Below, one piece after another: positions 57,922-64,000 of a stretch of DNA of 64,000 nt. The notes under the pieces are model-generated. The model had not been told where the DNA came from and did no database searches. It worked only from the letters and a program-made list of their open reading frames with translations. Both the position numbers and the translations under genes were made by a program. Numbering within the stretch: position 1 is the stretch's first letter; each line of letters starts with the position of its first letter. The DNA is from Fonticula alba ATCC 38817 (lineage: Eukaryota > Protista > Nucleariida): the NCBI GenBank assembly GCA_000388065.2, contig KB932201.1; one strand, written 5' to 3'.

Positions 57922-60900
57922 ATGATCGGCCTATTCATTCGCCGCCAGCGAATAGTCCTCCTGGTGTGGGTCTTGGTCGGCGTCCTGCTGATCCTCTTCC
58001 GAGGCTCCAAGGCCGAGGAGGAGGAAGACCGACGCGGGTCAGCAACCCACGAGCACGACCATGACATCCCGCCGGGCGTGGTCACCGGCGGCCATGTGCC
58101 ACATGCCCGGGCTCAAGAGGACCAGCACCACCGCCACCGCCACCACCACCACCCCCATCACCATGATCAGGGCCGTGACCATGCCCACGGTTATGGGCGT
58201 CAGAACCAACACCACCAGCCACCGCCACAGGACCCGCCGGAGTACACCGAGGACTATGACCAGACCTATGCCGATGCGTCGGCCACTTCATCCTCCTCGG
58301 CGTCGGACTATTCCTCGAGCTACTACTACGACGCCGGGGCTGGCAGCCCGGCCGAGGAGCCCGCCTCGGCCGGCCATCGCACAGGCGGACATGCGCGAGG
58401 GGCTTCAGCCTCGCCGGCGATCACCTTGGAAAAGTATGCCGCCGGAGGGGTGGACCATTGGGGCGTCGAGCTTTTCTCCCTGGCCCATCCTGGCCAGGCG
58501 GTGGCCCGGCTGGAAAGCCTCGGCCTGTACCATGTGGTGTATGATTGCGATGAGAAGGCCCCGCGAAATGTGCCTTTCGACCCGGTGACCGGCGTGGCAC
58601 CAGCCGACATCCGGCGAATCATCCGGTCTTCCGGCGGGGATATCGTCCGCAGCTGGGACAAGGCGTACCTGACTATCCTTCGGCAGGCTTTTGCCGCGGA
58701 AAGTTGGCGCATTTGCCTTGATGTACGTGCGGTGGGTTGGTGCGGGCAAGGGGCCGGGCGTACGCCTCGGGGGGGGGGGGGGGGCCTCCCACCGAAGGGC
58801 ACTCGCTGAGCCGGCCTCGAGCAAGGGGGCAAGGGCACCACTCTCGCCCGGGGGAGCAGGAGGGCGGGGGGGGGGGGGGGGCGAGGACAAGGTTGCCCTA
58901 ACCGCCGGAACTGACCCTGCTCGCTTTGTCCTCCNNNNNNNNNNGGACAAGGTTGCCCTAACCGCCGGAACTGACCCTGCTCGCTTTGTCCTCCTCCTCC
59001 TCCTGCTCCGCCTCCTCCTTTTTGGGCTCTGCCTCAGAAACCGGTGGATCGCTTGGACATTGAGCCAGGCTTGACGGTGCAGGTCTTGTCAGAAAACTCG
59101 GCTCGGAGGAAGGCCCCCGCCAACGGCGCATCCGCCGGGTCGAGGGCCCGAAACAAGGAGGATTACGAGTATGGCGAGGACTACCAGCCACCGGAGGAGA
59201 TTTCCGAGTACTATGAGTACGAAGAGTATGCCGACGGGAGTGCCACCGCCGGCGGTGCCAAGCGCCCGGCATCGAGGAGCCCCGATGAGCCCATCCTGGC
59301 CGTGGATTCCCCTTCGACCCTGGAACAACAACGGGCTGAGCGTTATCTGGACGACCTGGATGCCAGTGTCCCGGTCGTCGGCCCCAGCAGTCTGGACTTG
59401 CGAGCGCTCCAGGGCCGCATTCGGGCTATTCGTGTGTCTCCTGCGGGTGCGTCCTCCCCCTCCCCGGCGGCTGTGGTCGAGGCGAGCCCGGGGACTTTGC
59501 CCCCGGCCCCCTTGACCCTGTCTTGGATCTCGCGCGGACTTTCCTTCTTTCTTTCTTTCTTTTTCTAGCCCTCTTGGCGCTCGCGTCTCCTGCCCTTTGC
59601 TCATGCCCGGGCCTTTCGCGCTCACCCGGGCCCCGGTGCCGTGCCCCCGGAATATCGCCCTCTTACCCTTCCCCCCTTCGCCTTCTTCTCAAATGCAGAC
59701 GGCGTCACGCTCTTTGGGCAGCCCAACTTCCGGCGGCCGCTGGTGTTCCTCCCTCCGGGCAAGGCGTACTACCTGTCGGACTTGCGCCAGCCGACGGCAC
59801 ACACCACGGCCACCGACCGAGGCGATCCACATGCACATGACGAAGGGCGCTTCCTTTCCGGAGAGGGGCTGCTCGGGGCCGTGATGTCGGTGCGCTTCGG
59901 CCCCCTGACCGAGGCCTCCTTCCATGCAACCGCCGAGGCCTGCCAGAAGGAGGAGTCCCTGCTGCCGGCCGAAGTGTCAGCCACACCCGGGCACATGCCC
60001 GTCGAAATGTCGAGCCTCACTGGGCCGGACATTGCCCTGCAGCTGGACGCCTTGAGAGTGGAAGCGTCGGATGTGACGAATCTCAGCTGGGTTCGCGTCC
60101 GCCCGAAGAACACCCCGGCGCAGGGCCACCGGGTCCGGCCGCCGACCGACCCGGAGGCCGATCCGCTGGCCGAATACCAAGCCGAGCATCTGGAGCCGAT
60201 GGACCACCCGCGCGATCGGTCCTGGGCCGAGGAGACTGCATGCATTCTGCCCAAGGTCCTGCAAGGGGCCGTCATCGTCCACCCGGGGACATGGTTCCGA
60301 GGGGGAGTCCGCCAGGCAGTGGCCATGCAGCTGGTGGCTCCTGGCTCGGGGTCAGCACCAGCCAGCCCCGGGGCCGAGGGCGACCACCGGATCTCGGCGG
60401 AGCTGCTTCTGGCCGAATTGGCCACATTGGATCAGTCGCCGACTCGCGGCAAAATCATTCGCTCCTCGTCAGATGGCTTGGGCGAGATCAAGGGCGTGGC
60501 CCAGCGTATGGGCCACCACATTGGCTCGCTGGCCATGAGCAAGGTGCGTCGTGTGCCCTTTAGCTTGGGGGGGGGGGGGGGGACCTCGCCCCTTCGCAGA
60601 TGGCGGGGGGCTGCCCCGGGTGGCGGCCCCCGGCAGCCGGCCTTTTGCTGGCCCTCGGCACATGCATCCTTATTCACCTGCCGCCGGGCGATGGACCCTC
60701 TCGGCCCCCTTAGCGGACCACGCTCACCCTGACGGCCAGCCTGGCTCATGAGGATATCACCATCGACATGCTGTCCAAGTGGAAGGTCAGCCACTTCGCG
60801 CACCAGGGCTCCGGTGCCCGTCATGAGGGGGCCCACCATGCCTTCCACGCCATCACCATCTCCGGGGAAAACCACACCGTCGGACTGCCTTCCTCGGTGG

Positions 60901-63900
60901 TTCGCGCGGCTCGTGTCCAGGGTACGGCGGCCCGCTGCATCGGAGTCAGGCCTTTCGTGGGAGATCCTGGACGCTGACATGTCTGGCACCGTGGCCTGCT
61001 TCTTCCCTTGCTCCCACCAATCCTGACCTCAAATGCCGGCCGATGTTGGCCGGCTGTGCACAGTGACCTGCAATGTGCCCTGTCCCCAAGGCAAGGGCAA
61101 CTGCCTGTCCAGCCCGGATCATTGCCGCTGCATCAGCGGCTGGGATGGGCCTGCTTGCGAGACATGTGCGTCTGCTCCGGCTGCAGGAGCCCGGGCAGGG
61201 GGGGGGGGGGGGGGCCGGGAGGGGGGGGGGGGGGGGGGGGGTCGCGAAGGGAGGGGCAACCTCCGCGACTGCGAGCCGCATGCCTCACCATGCTTGGAAT
61301 GGGCCGGGGATTTTTCATCTCACTCGAGGATCGCCCCCGGGCAGGCACGAAGCCCGAAGGCGGCCCAATGTCCCTCTGCTTGCCTCTGACCGGCAATTTG
61401 TCGCGCAATCATCCCCACGACCAGTCTCCTGCCAGCCAGCCTGTGGGCCGAATGGACGATGCTCACTCGAGCGCCAACAGTGCATATGCATGACCGGATG
61501 GCGCGGGAAGGATTGCAACACCCGTGCGCATCATGAACCATTGCTTGGCCCCGGCATGTTGAGGCCCGAGGGAGGGGGGCGAGCACCCGTGGGACCAACT
61601 TTGCAGGCACCCCCAGCCAATCTGACCCACCTGCCTTTCGACCGAGCCAGCCATTTGCTTGGAACCGTGTGTCAACGGTGCATGCGTGGCTCCGGGGAAG
61701 TGTCAATGCATCTCCAGCCAGTACACCGGGAAGCAATGCGAGCGTTTGGGTATGTGCCCGGGAGGGAGATGAAGGCCACTGCCGAATTCATCAAGCGCCA
61801 GTACCACACGCGCTCTGCCACACATGTGTCGCCCCATGCCCTGCTCCTTCGCTCTCCCCTCGCCCCCCCCCCCCCCTTGGCGACCGTGCTTCGGGCCTCG
61901 ACTGACCTCGATGCCATGCGTACCATCGGCACATTCGCAGCCCCGGTGTGTGGGGACGGTAAGTGCGAGCGCCAGTCGGGCGAGTCGTGCGACTCCTGTC
62001 CGGCCGACTGTGGCGAGTGTGGCATTGGCGGCTCGGAGCGCATTGTGGTGGCCGGCGTCCGCGGCGGCCCCGATGGTGCTGGCGGCCAACCGGCGCCCGA
62101 ACACTTGGCCGGCCGCCGGATCCAGGTCCAGCCGAAGCGCCTGCTGTATGACAATGAAGAGTCTTGGCGTGCGGGCACGGGACTGAAGGTGCGCATGCAT
62201 CACTCTCTCTCTCTCCCTCCCCCTGACGGGGGTGCGGCGCCCGGCCCGAGGAGGGGGGGACTGGTGAATACTCCCCTTTTGGGGGTTGCAGCCTGGCCAG
62301 GTTGCCGGAAGGACACAATGTCTGGCTGACCCTCACATCCTGCGATCGATCCCGCCGATGTAAAATGGGCGCGTGTGGCTGCACGCGCGCGCCCGTGTCC
62401 ACTCGCTTGCGCCCGTGTGTATATGTGTGTGTGTGTCTATGTATTTCGTCCTGTGTCGCGACTGGTTCTCAAGTCGCGCGATCCCCTGGATAACTCGACA
62501 ACCGCCCTGCTGACCGCCGGTACGGCGGCCCTGCTGATTACGCTCCTGATGAGTGTTGTCGGCATCGGCCTGTGCTTGGCGGGCAAGCTTTCCCCCGGAG
62601 GCACGGCGACCGCGGCCGATGCCGGTGGCAGGGCGTCAGGCACATCGCGGACCGGCCGGTCGGCTCCTCGATCGGCAGACCCCTCCTCCGCCGGCCATGC
62701 AATCAGCTCGAGCACCAGCATGGGACGCTCGGCCCACATGGCCGAGAGCCTTTCCTTCCGCAGCGGCGGCCGCCGGGCGGCCACCACGGCTGCCGACACG
62801 CCGTCGCATCTCTTCCAGCACCAACCCCAGCACCAGCCGCAGCAGTCGCCCTATGGGCCGAATTATGTCGGCTCGGAAGGGACCCCTCCGGTGGGGTCGT
62901 CGGCCGGCATGGTCTCGCGCAAGTCTGCCCCGGGCGCCCACGCTCCGTCGCACTATTCCGATTGGGGAATCAACCAGCAGCAGCAGCAGCAACACCGGCC
63001 CCAGGCCAGCCATCCTCTCAAGGACCCGGGCCATATGGCCACTGGCAAGCCTCCTGGTCCGGGGAGCCAGCAAGGCGCCCCGGGGGCTCGATCTCTTTCC
63101 TGGGGCGTGCATCCGGACATTCCACAAGGTGCGGAGCCTCGCGAGAGGAGAGGCCCGGCTCGGCATTTTTTTGCCCCTCCGCCTACTGGGACAGGGGGGG
63201 AGAGAGAGAGAGAGGAAGAGAGGCAGGGGTGCTAATAGCAGCATGCTCAATCGTCCTGGCACCCCAACTTACCGGCATTGCGATCGGTCGCGTCCCCCTC
63301 ACGCCCTGGCGTATAGCCCGGGAAAATCCCCGACGCATGACCTCCGGATTGGATCCCATCGGGGAGGCGGTCCACCTGGGGGGCATGGGACACCCGCCTC
63401 ACCTTCAGACGCCTGCGCCCCTCCCCCAAGCGGTGGCCGCCTCGGCAACTGGTCCGGGTAGTGCGCCCCTTCGTCGGTCAGTTACCACGGAGGTCACCCC
63501 GCCGGGGATGGTCCTCCCCAAGAAGCCGGTGCTCAGTCGCCACCCGACCACGGCTGGGGTGCCGCCCCCGGCTCTTTCTGGCGGGGCGGTCCAGCCTGCC
63601 CATCTGCAGCAGCACCAGCCACTTATGGGCAGCTCTCCGCTTGCGGCCCCTCGGCAGGGACAATCCTTCCCGGAGCTCCGGCGCCACACCGGCATCCCCC
63701 TGCCGCCGTCCCTCAGTCGTACATCCACGGTGGAGGATCTCTCGGCTACGGGCGTCTCCATCGGCGGTGGTAGCAGCCACTTGAGGGGCGGCCGTAGCCT
63801 CACCTCCAGCGATGAGCCAGATCCGGCCGGCAATGTGGCTGCCACCGCACCAGTGGCCTCCGCATGGGGGACCACGCCCCTGCCGCCGGAACTGCCACCC

Positions 63901-63930
63901 CAGGCCCGGCCATCATCGGCTTCGCAATAG
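57922..63930 (+). CDS. Large mosaic type I membrane protein: signal peptide, His-rich segment, beta/gamma-crystallin-like and discoidin-like regions, 3 EGF modules, Cys-rich repeat, TM helix, long disordered tail; about 10 exons
   Basis: A phase-consistent GT-AG exon chain links the ORFs at 57922, 59038, 59700, ~60714, 61064, 61425, 61651, ~61940, 62473 and ~63230-63930. EGF motifs CRCISGWDGPAC, CICMTGWRGKDC, CQCISSQYTGKQC; CGDGKC..GESCDSCPADC; TM ALLITLLMSVVGIGLCL. Confidence 0.8.
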
Positions 63931-64000
63931 TGGGCGGGCTCCTTGGGGAAAAGGCCCACCAGGAGAGCCTCCGTGGCAGGCGTCGTGTCTCGGACATGCA

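Noticed and set aside
58885-58995. Direct repeat of about 50 nt on either side of a 10-N gap
   Set aside because: Unmerged contig overlap inside an intron.

Overview
Eukaryotic, GC-rich, intron-dense draft-genome window with nine N-gaps and many G/C homopolymer, (CT)n and (CA)n tracts. The fungal/animal-like orthologues, composition and GTRYGY donors would fit a Fonticula-like holomycotan protist; this is an inference and is not confirmed. I reconstructed 16 protein-coding genes by hand through GT-AG introns: a partial RecQ, RPL13A, an alpha/beta hydrolase, NDUFS6, SCAMP, TRM8, an acyl-protein thioesterase, an M1 aminopeptidase, SF3B2, LIS1, a NudC-family protein, a Ctr copper transporter, mitochondrial L19, VPS24, NBP35 and SQT1/AAMP. 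DED1 and a large EGF-containing membrane protein bring the total to 18. There is also one tRNA-Ile(AAT) and a probable SRP RNA. The most interesting features are: (1) an intronless Ctr copper transporter with a signal peptide and two YHS/TRASH-like Cys modules; (2) a mosaic receptor-like protein (crystallin-like, discoidin-like, three EGF modules, each on its own phase 1-1 exon); (3) a head-to-head LIS1/NudC client-chaperone pair; (4) a RecQ and an APT1 with mitochondrial-type presequences; (5) near-universal pyrimidine at donor position +4. No CRISPR array or mobile element was found. Most ORFs in the supplied track are GC-rich noise.
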